Below are positions 28,776 to 39,179 of a DNA stretch of 64,000 bases, one piece after another. The translations under genes and the position numbers were made by a program. The first letter of the stretch is position 1. Each line of letters opens with the position of its first letter. Source of the stretch: Armatimonadota bacterium (GTDB lineage: Bacteria; Armatimonadota; SYMT01); the NCBI GenBank assembly GCA_041690135.1, contig JAWLHY010000001.1, forward strand, positions 544,001 to 608,000, read 5' to 3'. The notes under the pieces were generated by a model that saw nothing but the letters and a program-made list of their open reading frames with translations, had not been told where the DNA came from and did no database searches.

Positions 28776-29132
28776 ATGCAGTCGAATGAGTCATTTGCCC
28801 ACTGCCCTACGGCAGAATACTGGGAGAAGGAAGTTCCGAGTAGCAACCCGGATAAGCCGCCCTACACCGTGCGCTATTCGAGGCATCATCACAACAACCC
28901 GGACGTGTCGCATGCCTACTCCTGCACCTGCCCGAGCTTCCATAAGTGGCGCACATGCCGCCACATCCGCGAGTTGGAGGAACTCACCGTGGAGCAGGGT
29001 GGACATTGCGGTTGGCTGCAGTTCATCGAAGGCGGCGAGCCGGTTGAGAAGGACGCGCAGAAGTGTTGCCCCGAGTGCGGGGCTGGCCCGGTCGAATTCA
29101 TGAATTGGTTAACTCACAACCCTTCGAAATGA
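28776..29132 (+). CDS. SWIM zinc-finger protein
   Basis: YSCTCPSF...CRHI plus a C-terminal CPEC; GGAGG RBS. Confidence 0.75.
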   Translation: MQSNESFAHCPTAEYWEKEVPSSNPDKPPYTVRYSRHHHNNPDVSHAYSCTCPSFHKWRTCRHIRELEELTVEQGGHCGWLQFIEGGEPVEKDAQKCCPECGAGPVEFMNWLTHNPSK

Positions 29133-29228
29133 CCTTCGATCAACTCCGAGACTTCCTGCTCCAGCGGATGAGCATGAGCCACATCTACCAACCGCTCGTC
29201 ATCCGGACGCTGGTGGAAAGCGGTGAAA
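29129..29228 (+). pseudogene. N-terminal remnant of an HNH/HIT-family gene
   Basis: MTFDQLRDFLLQRMSMSHIYQPLVIRTLVESG. ATGA-coupled to the SWIM gene, and similarity ends at the edge of the defence cluster. Confidence 0.5.
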
Positions 29229-29254
29229 ACCCAAGGTGAGCATGGGGTTGCTCG

Positions 29255-31273
29255 TCAATAGGGGCTCACCCTTCGCACTGCCAGCAGGCGCTCAGAGGGT
29301 GAGCCCGACGAGGTACAGTGCTCAGCCGCCCGTGAGAGCAGGAGCCGCCCCCCGTCGAGTCCAGGCTCCTCTGGCCGATCGTACTCCGACCACTGCTTCA
29401 GGCTGCCCTGCACGAAGTCGAGGTGCATCCTCCCAAGTTGTGACTGCCACGCGCTGATCGGAGAGCGCCTCTGTGATCCCAGCCACCCGAGACTGGCCTG
29501 GAGATGACGAACGCTGTGCCTCCTGTCTCCGTCTTGAAGGGAGTTCAGAAGTCCAAGTTCCCGAAGAAGCAGTTCTTCTGGATGGCAGGTGCTCTCGCCT
29601 CGCACTGCGGCAGGTTGCTGTCGGAGTACTTGAAGCACTCCCGCCGTGAACGACCCTGGCTGGATACACCCAGCAAGCAGACCATCGTTGACTGCCCGCA
29701 CTTTCCAGAACAGGGAGAATACCCCGCTTCCGTCCTGGCCCTCTTCCTTGGCCTGAAGCACTTCCCCGTAGCGTCCGACACGGAGGAGCGCCTGGGTTAC
29801 GTACGCAAGAAACCTCTCTCTGTCCTTTGGGTGCGAGCACCTGCGGGCGAGGGAAGTACTCGTGTCGATCAATTCTGACGCCATTTCACCATCGTTTAGC
29901 CCGAGGTTCAGTATCGCGGTCCAGATGACGGTGCCCTTTGCACGGAGCCAGAGCCGTGACCTCTCGAAACCATCATCCCCCGACAGGCCCTGGTCCGACT
30001 GGAGTAATTCCCATACCGTTCGGTAGGTTTCCACCACTGCTTCATAGGCCCGAGCAAGTCCAAGTGCTTCCTCGAATGCCAATCGGTTGACCGACGCTCC
30101 AACCTTGCCCGCCTGGTACTCCAGAACACGGTGGAACTGCTCAGGGTCGCTACCCAACCTGCCAACCATACGGTCCTGCGCCTTGATCAAGCGGGATGCT
30201 TCAGAGCAGTCGGCCAAGTGGTTGGCCGTCAAAAGCATGTAGTTCCGCAGGCGGAATTGCAGCGGACGGGCTGGCTCCCCACCAACCTCTTCCAAAGCAC
30301 TTTCCATCCTCCCGAGTGCCGTGTAGCGAACCGCAGGGGCGAGATCGTCAGACCGCTCCAACATCTCGATCAACGTCTCGACACCTGCGCGGGGTGCAGA
30401 TGTCCCCTTCGCGGACACCAAGCGGCCAAACAAGCGGCGAAGCGAGTCAGCTTGTTCTTGGCGCAAGGCCGCAGGGCCGCAATCGGCGACAGACCAGCGG
30501 AAGATGGCTCCAACGAGATCGCCGTCTCGTTCGGCGATTCGTGCCCGACGCTCCATGAACCCGCCGAAGGATCGGAAGACCCTGAGCTTCCCATCAGCTT
30601 GCAGGTCCGCGAGCAGGCGTGCCTCATCGCTGTGACGCCCGTTGTAGACCAGGTTCGCCGTGTAGTCTGCTACCACCGTCCCCCAATTGCTCGACGCCTG
30701 AACCAGGTGTGTTCGCACCCCACTTGCCGCCACCAAGTTCACCAGCCCCCTGGAAGCCAATCCCACCTCAGCAGCAGCCGCAAGTCCAGTGAGGACATTC
30801 TCCTCAATATCAGCGCGGGTGGTCGTGATCCGTCCTTGCTCATCGCGCCTAGTGGCAATCACGAGATCGACCCCTGTGATCTCTACCTCACCCGAGTAGG
30901 TGCTCTCCGCCAGCGCGAGGAGGTCCAGAAGCATCTGCCTGTAAGTGTGCTCCCTATCACTCAATCCCACCTTGTCACTATTGATCACCGCTACGGCGCG
31001 ACGGCCAGCCGCACCATCCAATACCTGTAGGAGCAGGCGGCGACAGGCCCCAACCGCGAAGTCGTGACCACACATCGCACGCATTTCCGTGAGGTGACGA
31101 GCCGTCCGAGCATCAACGCTAATCTCGGTAGGGAAGTTGCAGAGGCGTGACTCCAGTTGCCGCGAAGCGGTGGTCCAGTCACACAGGCAGAGCAGCCCTG
31201 CCACTACCCACTCCCCGCGTGAACTTGAGAAGTCGCCCGACTCGTCAATGAAGATGCTAATCCGCAAGTTCAC
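29255..31273 (-). CDS. DUF3800-like (RNase H fold) domain plus a long helical/TPR-like region
   Basis: SIFIDESGDF at the N-terminus and VVADYTAN. Start overlaps the McrC-like stop (GTGA). Confidence 0.7.
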   Translation of the reverse strand: MNLRISIFIDESGDFSSSRGEWVVAGLLCLCDWTTASRQLESRLCNFPTEISVDARTARHLTEMRAMCGHDFAVGACRRLLLQVLDGAAGRRAVAVINSDKVGLSDREHTYRQMLLDLLALAESTYSGEVEITGVDLVIATRRDEQGRITTTRADIEENVLTGLAAAAEVGLASRGLVNLVAASGVRTHLVQASSNWGTVVADYTANLVYNGRHSDEARLLADLQADGKLRVFRSFGGFMERRARIAERDGDLVGAIFRWSVADCGPAALRQEQADSLRRLFGRLVSAKGTSAPRAGVETLIEMLERSDDLAPAVRYTALGRMESALEEVGGEPARPLQFRLRNYMLLTANHLADCSEASRLIKAQDRMVGRLGSDPEQFHRVLEYQAGKVGASVNRLAFEEALGLARAYEAVVETYRTVWELLQSDQGLSGDDGFERSRLWLRAKGTVIWTAILNLGLNDGEMASELIDTSTSLARRCSHPKDRERFLAYVTQALLRVGRYGEVLQAKEEGQDGSGVFSLFWKVRAVNDGLLAGCIQPGSFTAGVLQVLRQQPAAVRGESTCHPEELLLRELGLLNSLQDGDRRHSVRHLQASLGWLGSQRRSPISAWQSQLGRMHLDFVQGSLKQWSEYDRPEEPGLDGGRLLLSRAAEHCTSSGSPSERLLAVRRVSPY

Positions 31274-33915
31274 ACCTCAAACGAGGACGCACTTTCTGGC
31301 TGCTGAGTATCGAAGTAGGCACCGCAGCCTGGACAGATGATGTGGAAGTAGTCCAGCAGGTCCAAGTCATGGTAAGTCCAAAATGGGCCATGCTTGAACA
31401 GCTTCCTATTGCAGTCATAACAATAGCTATAAACGAAGAAGTGGGAGCACCGCTGGCACGTACACCAGTACTTCACTCCGCGCTTAGTTAGGCGAGGCTC
31501 CAGTACGATCTCTCCCGCGCCACCACCGCAGAGTTGGCAGAAGAGGCCATGATCTGGAAGCGCATCCAAACGGCTGCCGACAACACCACTAACTTCCCGC
31601 CTTACCGCTGGCTGTTCCATCGAGTACTCAAACAGCACACCAAGGAGCCGCTTCAATGGCGCAACATGGGACTCCTCGGTCTCCGCAGGAACAGTAGGGC
31701 GAAGCACCACTGCGCCTCGTGTATGATCGGGGAACTCCTCAGTTTCCCAGGGAAAGACTCGACTGCCACCATACAGACTGATGCTCGCCCAAGGCTGCGC
31801 CGTGCGGCGGTGCCGCACGGCGGTCAGGCTCGGATGCACAGCGTAGATCAGATGGCTGATCTCTGGCTTCCGATACTTCCGCTCAAGCTCCTGGAGGTCG
31901 TCAGCGAGACGCAACCCAGCTTCGGGACCATATGGCTTACACTTGGCGTCCAAGACGAGCGTAGCGAGTGCTTTGCTCCCGCTGGAGGAGCCGAACACCT
32001 CAATCAGGAAGTCAGGGCACAGGCCATTCCAAGCCGCTTGATAGGAGACAGCCACCTCTCGCTGGAGCGGCTCGCTTCGGAAGCGGCAAGTAAAGGGTCT
32101 TCCATGTCGCCCTACTGCGTAGCGGATGACTTCCTTCCGCCAATCCCCGTCAATCCCAAGGAACTGGTAGTCATTGAGGAGCAGCCTGATCAGCGAGAGG
32201 AGGCACCAACGCTCGTAAACCACGGGTAGAGCTTCGACGCCTCGTGGAGTGGCCGTGAATACCTCGTCCAACAAAGCCTCGTTGATACCGCCCTGTGCGA
32301 CTAACTCTCGGTAGCTAGAAAGGACCGATCTGTATTCGTCCTGCTGTGTGAAGACGACGGACATAGGGGGCTGCGGGTCGGCTGCGATCCCCTTATCTTC
32401 AAGTCGGTTGACTTGTTTACTAAGAGCCGCGCATACATCACGGAGGGGCGGTAGATACTCTTCGATGCGTTGACGACTCTGGTCCACCGCTTGACGGCGC
32501 TGGAACATTGCCTCGCGCTCCTTTTGGAGTTCGCGCACCTCCCCCGCATCCAGCGGTCGAAGTCCATTGGTGCGGCGGAGGCGATCTCGCGCTGTGGTGA
32601 GCACCTTAAGACGGCGAGCCAGCCGTGGTGGATGCACGTTCGCAGTCATCTTGCCGATATGAGTTACGAAGAGCGTCTCTTCAAAGGGTCCTTTCGCGGC
32701 TTCTTCTGAAGAGAAGGTATACGCCACGTCCAATGTGTACTCGCCGTCAGCCGCAAAGAGGTCCGCTCGTGCCATAGACGCGGGGAACAAGAACTTCGTA
32801 TCGGCGGGGAGAAAATCACCACCTTCCCGATCTCGGCATGCGGCACAGACGAGCAAGCCCTGGTTAGTTAACACGGGATTAGCGGACACACGGACGTACA
32901 GTCGGCGCAGTCCACGGGGATGGCTGGCATGACACAGCCGTGCAACACGTTGCTGCCATTCGGCGAGGATGCTGTCCACGCGCTGCTGGAGCCAGTCGAT
33001 CTCCTGGTCCAATACAGCGAGATTGACCCGACGTGCTTTTTCGTCAAGAATTGCTTTCAATTCGTTGAGGCGGGATTCATGCACGCTAGCCATACGACCC
33101 AATTCCCGTTCTCGCGCCTCTGCCGCCACCATAAGCCGTTTCGTAAGAAAGAGGACGCGATCTGCGAGGAACCTAACGTAGCGGTTTTCAGAAGTACTGG
33201 GTGTTTCGCGGTAGGTCTTGCTCGTGATGGCCGCTGGATCGCCTTTCTGTGCTAGTTCTTGAAACGTGCGTGCGATAGGTCGCGCTCGGACAGGGGGCCG
33301 AGGTTCTGTAATCTGCTCCAACTCCACACGAGGTTGGTCAACGACACGGCGGATGGAAGTAATGAACCTCTTCAGGGCAGCGATTCCATCATCAGATAGT
33401 AGCCCCATGCTGTCCCATCCCGCTACTTGGGTATGGCCTTCGGCCTCAAAGATCAGGCCGAACAGGGCATCGTTGAAAGCATGGAGCAGGTCACTAAACT
33501 CGTCCTCAGAGAATCCAGGAGGATAAAGGCTTATGTCACAAATACTCTCACCCACTCGGATGAGCGCACGCCCTGCGTGACTACAGGTGGGCGCGTCGAA
33601 GTAGTACACGTCGCGCTTCTTGTCGCCGATCCACTTCCCCAGTTCGACCCACCAATGCTGCCCCGTGGCGGGGTCCTCAACTTCACGCAGGAGTTCTTCC
33701 GACCCGTCAGCGCGAACCAGCAGGGGCTGTACGGCAGACCTTACCGCGAGTTGGGCTGCTCGTCCCGCGACTTTGCTATATAGCATGACCTCCGCCCCAG
33801 TTCGGCCATTGGACTCCTCGGTCGCAAGGGGTGCTTCCCCCGCGTTGATAGACGCGATGCTCCTATCAGCGTTCCATTGGATGCTGATGAGGTGAAGGTC
33901 GAAGTCGGTAGGCAT
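31270..33915 (-). CDS. McrC-like DUF2357/PD-(D/E)XK nuclease with a coiled-coil insert and C-terminal Zn fingers
   Basis: STSENRYV, VYERWCLL, CPDFLIEV...VLDAKCK, CQLC/CQRC/CYDC/CPGC. Confidence 0.8.
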   Translation of the reverse strand: MPTDFDLHLISIQWNADRSIASINAGEAPLATEESNGRTGAEVMLYSKVAGRAAQLAVRSAVQPLLVRADGSEELLREVEDPATGQHWWVELGKWIGDKKRDVYYFDAPTCSHAGRALIRVGESICDISLYPPGFSEDEFSDLLHAFNDALFGLIFEAEGHTQVAGWDSMGLLSDDGIAALKRFITSIRRVVDQPRVELEQITEPRPPVRARPIARTFQELAQKGDPAAITSKTYRETPSTSENRYVRFLADRVLFLTKRLMVAAEARERELGRMASVHESRLNELKAILDEKARRVNLAVLDQEIDWLQQRVDSILAEWQQRVARLCHASHPRGLRRLYVRVSANPVLTNQGLLVCAACRDREGGDFLPADTKFLFPASMARADLFAADGEYTLDVAYTFSSEEAAKGPFEETLFVTHIGKMTANVHPPRLARRLKVLTTARDRLRRTNGLRPLDAGEVRELQKEREAMFQRRQAVDQSRQRIEEYLPPLRDVCAALSKQVNRLEDKGIAADPQPPMSVVFTQQDEYRSVLSSYRELVAQGGINEALLDEVFTATPRGVEALPVVYERWCLLSLIRLLLNDYQFLGIDGDWRKEVIRYAVGRHGRPFTCRFRSEPLQREVAVSYQAAWNGLCPDFLIEVFGSSSGSKALATLVLDAKCKPYGPEAGLRLADDLQELERKYRKPEISHLIYAVHPSLTAVRHRRTAQPWASISLYGGSRVFPWETEEFPDHTRGAVVLRPTVPAETEESHVAPLKRLLGVLFEYSMEQPAVRREVSGVVGSRLDALPDHGLFCQLCGGGAGEIVLEPRLTKRGVKYWCTCQRCSHFFVYSYCYDCNRKLFKHGPFWTYHDLDLLDYFHIICPGCGAYFDTQQPESASSFEV

Positions 33916-33937
33916 GGGCGGTCGGTCGCGGGGAAGA

Positions 33938-36106
33938 TCAGAGCCAGTAGTTGTACACGGCATCTCGGGCCACAGCGCGTGCCATGAGCCGCTCCAATAC
34001 CTCGTGCGCCTTTGGCATAGGCACCGCTCTCAAGGATGCTCCCAGAACCTTCTGGAGGTCTTGCTGAAACGCACCCAGCCACTCTCCTTTTTCCAGTTCA
34101 CCGTCTCTTGGACGAGAAGCGGGGGCGCAGTCGAGGCAGTCCTCGCCTCGAAACGCGAGCCGTGGCAGGACCTTGTGGAGCACGATGTTGTTTAGAGCAA
34201 CGCTGTCGCCCTGGGGCCGCGTTTCGCTTGTGTTCAGGTCCCGCATGAGATTGCGGTAGTGGATGGCCTGCCTGATGGCTCGTAAGCTCACATCCACGCC
34301 CAGCGGTGCAAGATACTCCTTGAGCCAGGTGGTTAGGGTGAGTGCCAGTGGATCGGCTGGATCGTAGTCGGGGTAAGGGGCGCGAGGAGCGAAGATGCGG
34401 CCGAGATCGGCTTGAACCAACGGCGACTGTCCGCGTGCCCCGTCTTCGATTGCGGTCCTTGTGCCCTCGGGCAAGTCTAACTGCTGAACTTGCCCGAGGA
34501 TGTGATCCCAGGAGTATTCGGTAGCACCTGGGAAGCGCAACACATGGGCACGATCAAGCAGCTTGGGCGACAGGTAATGCGTAGTGGAGTCGATGTTGAC
34601 AGTGCCGATGAAGCGAACGTTTGAGGGCAGCGGAAGGTCGGGTTGAATTGCCAACGCGCTCGTCACCAGTCGTCGCATCCGTGTGTGCAGCGCCAGCACC
34701 TCCTCGTTGCTGTTACTTCCCAGTAGGTTCCGAAGCCTGCTTGCTTTGTCGCTCTCGGAGAGAACCTCCAGCAGTGACTTCGCCTGCGTTTCTCCATCGG
34801 TGATCCGTTCCACCACTTCGCAGAAGTGTTGGAACTCCTCCGACGCTGCCTCCCAGATGTCTGCCGCGTAAAGGTTGATACACGGGCTGCTGTCGCGGTC
34901 CTCTAGCTTCGACAGGAAGTCGGCGAAGTAGTGCTCGATGCGGGCCAGATTCATTTCGTCCAGGCAGATGAGGTAAAGCCTGGAGGGATCGGCGGCGGCA
35001 TCTCGCAGTGCTCGGAGGAACTCCGTTTCCACGTAACCGCGCTGGATCGGATTGTAGTAGCCCAGGAGGTCGTCTGCACTCGTCCAGTTGGGCTTCACAG
35101 GCACGATGCGGGCCTCGCCTCCCAATGCTTGTGCCAGTGATCGCACTAGTTGGGTCTTTCCCGATCCAGGGGTACCTGCGAGGATCACCAGATCGTTACA
35201 CCGCAGGAGAGTGAGGAAATCTTCGATCAGGTAGCGGGGGTAGAGCAGCTTCTGCTTCTTGGACGCGAGGTAAAGCTGGACACATGACACCAGAGCAGCA
35301 AGGCTGCTGTTTAGGTCAGTGTCGAAGCGGAGTAGCGGCGCAGGCCGTTCTGACACTTGCCCGTCCCCCATGAACTGGGAGTACTGGGCCTCGGAGATCA
35401 AGGCAAAGTGGCGAAGCCAGTCTGCCCGCTTTTGAACGAACTCGCGCAGGTCCTCGATACGTGTCACGATCTGGTCTCGCTCCGTAGTAAGTTCGGATAC
35501 CCTTGTGGAGAGCACTTCCTCGCGTTCCGCGAGGGTGGCTATACTTCGTTCTGCTGCCTCTATGGTGAGCTTCGCATAGTCGAGTTGACTATTGTAGCGT
35601 GCAATCTCCTCGTCGTGGTGATTCCGCATTGCCACTAGCTCAAGGTCAATCTTCTCTGTGAGCACGTCGATTACTGAGCGTGCGATGCTGTCAGCTACTA
35701 GAAATCCACCGTCAGGCGTAGCAACAACAGCGGCAGGAGGAACTAGTGCGAGGGGGGTGATGCCTCCCCTAGCAGCCTGCAACAGGAACGGGTTGCGCCA
35801 GTTTGCACGTTCATCATCCCCGCATATCTCAAACCGAACTTGGACGTAGCGATCCTTTAACTCTTCGGGACAGGAGCCAACGAAGATGCCACGGTCGCTC
35901 AACAACGACGTTCGCCGTAGGTCGTGAGAAAACGGATATTCCAGTTTTTCCCAGTCCTGATTGCGCACGTCCGTGACATGCCACAGATCATCCTTCCAGT
36001 GGCGCAACTGACCGAACACCACGGGCTGCTCTAGTTGCCACACCTCTTTTAGAAAGCTGAGACGCTTTCGGATAGGTGCTTCCTTGGCTTCGTCTAGTGT
36101 CTGCAT
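33938..36106 (-). CDS. McrB-like AAA+ GTPase with an N-terminal coiled coil
   Basis: GTPGSGKT, VPVKPNW, LDEMNLARIEHYFADFLS, GTVNID (McrB NxD signature), LSPKLLDRA. Confidence 0.88.
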   Translation of the reverse strand: MQTLDEAKEAPIRKRLSFLKEVWQLEQPVVFGQLRHWKDDLWHVTDVRNQDWEKLEYPFSHDLRRTSLLSDRGIFVGSCPEELKDRYVQVRFEICGDDERANWRNPFLLQAARGGITPLALVPPAAVVATPDGGFLVADSIARSVIDVLTEKIDLELVAMRNHHDEEIARYNSQLDYAKLTIEAAERSIATLAEREEVLSTRVSELTTERDQIVTRIEDLREFVQKRADWLRHFALISEAQYSQFMGDGQVSERPAPLLRFDTDLNSSLAALVSCVQLYLASKKQKLLYPRYLIEDFLTLLRCNDLVILAGTPGSGKTQLVRSLAQALGGEARIVPVKPNWTSADDLLGYYNPIQRGYVETEFLRALRDAAADPSRLYLICLDEMNLARIEHYFADFLSKLEDRDSSPCINLYAADIWEAASEEFQHFCEVVERITDGETQAKSLLEVLSESDKASRLRNLLGSNSNEEVLALHTRMRRLVTSALAIQPDLPLPSNVRFIGTVNIDSTTHYLSPKLLDRAHVLRFPGATEYSWDHILGQVQQLDLPEGTRTAIEDGARGQSPLVQADLGRIFAPRAPYPDYDPADPLALTLTTWLKEYLAPLGVDVSLRAIRQAIHYRNLMRDLNTSETRPQGDSVALNNIVLHKVLPRLAFRGEDCLDCAPASRPRDGELEKGEWLGAFQQDLQKVLGASLRAVPMPKAHEVLERLMARAVARDAVYNYWL

Positions 36107-36178
36107 GATGGAGAATGCGACCTGTTGATACTATTCACAGCACCTCCCACCCTTGTGAAGTGCGTTGGCTGGCTGCGC

Positions 36179-36733
36179 TTATACACACCGTAGGGCAGTA
36201 CTTTGCTGCACCAGGTACCACTTGAGCTTCTTCGTCAACTCCTGGGGGTTGCGGCACTCCATGAAGTCCCAGCGCCCGAGATTGCCCCAGTTGTTCACCG
36301 CTGAACACCAGCGGCGGGCGGCCTGGTGCTTGGCGCTCTCTTCGTCGCCGTGCTGTCCTTTGATCTCTAAGAGGAGAAAGGTTCCGTCGTTCAGGCACAC
36401 GATGTAGTCAGGCTCGTAGGTGCGGGCCACGCCTTCGTACTCGTAGGGGATCAGCAGGAAGGGGCGGTCGTTGCGGACGTAGTGCTTCACGAAGTCCTTC
36501 TGCTGCTCCAGGAAGAAGGCCGCGCTCTGCTCCCAGGCTGAGTCGAGAACCACGGCATCGACGTGTGAGCGCACCGTGCTGTGGACGTGACGGGTGGTGG
36601 TGAAGTCCACATCCGCCGTCGTGCCGATGGGCTTGAAGCGGTTGAGCAGCGGCAGAAGCGGCGTCTCGCCCTGGGCGTCATCGGGTTCGATGGCGTCCAG
36701 GAGCTGGCCCTTGACCCAAATCACGTAGCGGTC
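36179..36733 (-). pseudogene. C-terminal remnant of a type III restriction endonuclease (Res)
   Basis: VVLDSAWEQ, YVRND, YEPDYIV, LLEIKG, AARRWCSAVNN..GRW. The helicase part is missing. Confidence 0.75.
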
Positions 36734-36812
36734 CAGACCTCTCGCGGGTCCGCGCCGTTCCAGTCCACCTTGGTGCCGACGTACTGTGAGGATAGTGGTC
36801 ATTGGCAGTGTC

Positions 36813-39179
36813 TTACAGCCCCGTAGGAGGTACCATGTTTGTTCCGACAGAGGCGGTCGGAGGTGGGAAGCGCGGCGGCACGCGAGGTGCATCCGCTGGG
36901 CTAGCTGGCGGCACGTTCAGCAACTCGGTCTCGCTCAGCATTGCCACCTCCATCTCGACTCCCTCCTGCTTGAGATCGGTCCGAAGCTGCTCCACCAGTT
37001 TCACCGCCTCATCGCCGAACTTGGCGGTGGTCGCGAAGTAGAACTTCACGATGCCCAACTCGGCAGCCAGCCGGGCGGTCACCATGTCCTTCTCCTCTAG
37101 GCCCGTGCCTGCTTTGCACTCCCCAGCGTAAAGCTGTTGCTCGAAGCAAAAGAGGAAGTCGAGTTCCTTCTCCTTCGCCTCCTTGGTGAGCGAGAGGCCC
37201 GTGGTAAGGCATGAACACTTCCGGCCCTTGGTCAGGTGGTGCAGCGCCAGCAGGTTGGGGAGCACGTCTTGGTCCATCGCCCGGTTTACCAGCGTGTTTA
37301 GCCGGTATTCCCACTGGATTTCTGACCCCTTGGGCTGCTCGACCGGAAGGGGGGACTCATGTCCGCAGCCTGTGCATTGCACGCGCTCCTTGACGGCTTC
37401 TAGGGGATGCCAGTCGGGAGCACCGCAGCGCGGACAGTGAAGATAGAAGCCACGGACAAGCACAGAGGCTCGGGTGAGTTCGTCCATCAAACCGAGGAGC
37501 TTGCCCTTGTAAGGCTGTAGCTCTTGACGCTGGCTCAGTTGCCGGTAGGTCTTGGTGACGCCCTTCAATTCTGAGATCACCTCGACATCTTCGAGCACCC
37601 GCTGGATGTCCGGCAATTGCTCTTGCTTCAGTCCGAATTGCTGAGCGACCCGCTGCGCGATCTTCTTAGTGCTGCGGAGCGCCAGCAGGTCAAGCAAGAG
37701 GTATGCCTCCTTCGAGGCCAGGAGGTCCACCCGTGGCATGCCGCCTAGCAGGGTCACTAGGGCGTCTGCATACTGTCCGTCCTTCGAGAGTTGGGTCTGA
37801 TAGCCTCGCGCCTGGAAGTACTGGCGCAGGCTCTCCCACTCGTCAAGCAGGCTGATGGCGAGATAGGTAGCAGTTTCCGGGACGTGCCGGATGTTGGTGA
37901 GACCGTACTTCGAGAATCGCGCCTGCTGGTCAATCGCATTACCAACCGCCTGCGCTTTCGGATACCGGCTCCAAACATCGCATTCGATGTCTACCCCTAC
38001 CCCCGCATAGCCGCGATTTCGGAAGCTCGGCGGCGGTTGGAGCAGGACCTCGTTGGTGCCCAGCGTTAGCTCCACTCGATGAGCTACCTGCGGCTCGATG
38101 CCCTCGTAGTACTCGTAGGGAAGCCGTGGGACACTGGGGGCATAGATGAGCTTGGAAACATCCAGGTCCACATTTTGGGGTGGCTTCGGACCGCTCCACG
38201 AGTGATCGGACGCCTTGGCACCCTTGGGATGGCGCTTGAAGAGACGGCACTTACCAAGGGCGGCGGCGAGTTGATCCTCCTTTTCATCCGACCAAGCGGT
38301 AGCGATGATGTGAACGTCAGCGTGCAGGTTAGGGTAGAGGATGTTCTGCTGGATAAACCGGCCCAATGACCTGATGCACGCTCGGTCGGCAAGAAGTTCC
38401 GCAGGCACCAGGAAGGTGCGTCGCCCCAGGTCCCTGTCGAACTGCGTGCTCTCGCGCAGTGAGCGGAGGTTCCAGTAGTAGCACAGGTCGAGGGGGGATT
38501 CCACCAACACGAGATTGAAGCTGTTGGTCCTCGTGCTCCCCACGACCTTGTGTGGGCGCATCCCGTAGGCGGTAAGATTCAGCACCGACCCGAACGGATC
38601 ATCGACGTACTGCGACTCCCAAAAGGCCGAACTGGTAACCGCAACCTCCCGGTCGGCAATCGTCAGGTTCTCGTCGTATGCCTCTTCCTGTCCAGGATAG
38701 ATGCTGCCGAAGAGCGCGAGTCCGAGCCACGGTTTGCCAAAGTCGTTATCAAGGGTGTATCGGCCCAAGCTCTTCGACTGCCGGTCCTCGTCGGTAAGGA
38801 CGTGAATCGGGTGCGGTGCAGGGTCAAACTCCCGAAACCAGCGCATCTGCTGGAGGTGTAGTGTCCTCCCTGGGAAGAGAGCCTGTAGGCTCGCGAGTGT
38901 GCCCTGATGAATGCCTGGAGGATTCCGGTTCCAGCCATTGAAGTCTCCGACGAAGCCATCGGGATCGGCAAGACGTAGCAGGTGCGCGAAGAACGAGTGG
39001 ATGCTGCCATCCCGCTGGACCGGAACGAGGATGGTCCTGAGGCCGCCCCACTGCGTGCAAACGAACCGCAGAATCTGCGTGAGCGCGTCCGCATCTTCCT
39101 CATGGAAGAAGTACGCGAACTTCGCAGGCCGTAGGTTGACCTTCAGCTTGTAGGCATCATCTAGTGCGGTCGGAACCAT
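36813..39179 (-). CDS. Large hypothetical protein with a C-terminal Zn ribbon and PD-(D/E)XK nuclease
   Basis: CPRC...CTGC followed by KELDFL...YAGECK; GAGGAG RBS. Confidence 0.65.
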   Translation of the reverse strand: MVPTALDDAYKLKVNLRPAKFAYFFHEEDADALTQILRFVCTQWGGLRTILVPVQRDGSIHSFFAHLLRLADPDGFVGDFNGWNRNPPGIHQGTLASLQALFPGRTLHLQQMRWFREFDPAPHPIHVLTDEDRQSKSLGRYTLDNDFGKPWLGLALFGSIYPGQEEAYDENLTIADREVAVTSSAFWESQYVDDPFGSVLNLTAYGMRPHKVVGSTRTNSFNLVLVESPLDLCYYWNLRSLRESTQFDRDLGRRTFLVPAELLADRACIRSLGRFIQQNILYPNLHADVHIIATAWSDEKEDQLAAALGKCRLFKRHPKGAKASDHSWSGPKPPQNVDLDVSKLIYAPSVPRLPYEYYEGIEPQVAHRVELTLGTNEVLLQPPPSFRNRGYAGVGVDIECDVWSRYPKAQAVGNAIDQQARFSKYGLTNIRHVPETATYLAISLLDEWESLRQYFQARGYQTQLSKDGQYADALVTLLGGMPRVDLLASKEAYLLLDLLALRSTKKIAQRVAQQFGLKQEQLPDIQRVLEDVEVISELKGVTKTYRQLSQRQELQPYKGKLLGLMDELTRASVLVRGFYLHCPRCGAPDWHPLEAVKERVQCTGCGHESPLPVEQPKGSEIQWEYRLNTLVNRAMDQDVLPNLLALHHLTKGRKCSCLTTGLSLTKEAKEKELDFLFCFEQQLYAGECKAGTGLEEKDMVTARLAAELGIVKFYFATTAKFGDEAVKLVEQLRTDLKQEGVEMEVAMLSETELLNVPPASPADAPRVPPRFPPPTASVGTNMVPPTGL

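Noticed and set aside
17862-29132. Intact prophage
   Set aside because: No structural, packaging or lysis genes were recognised.
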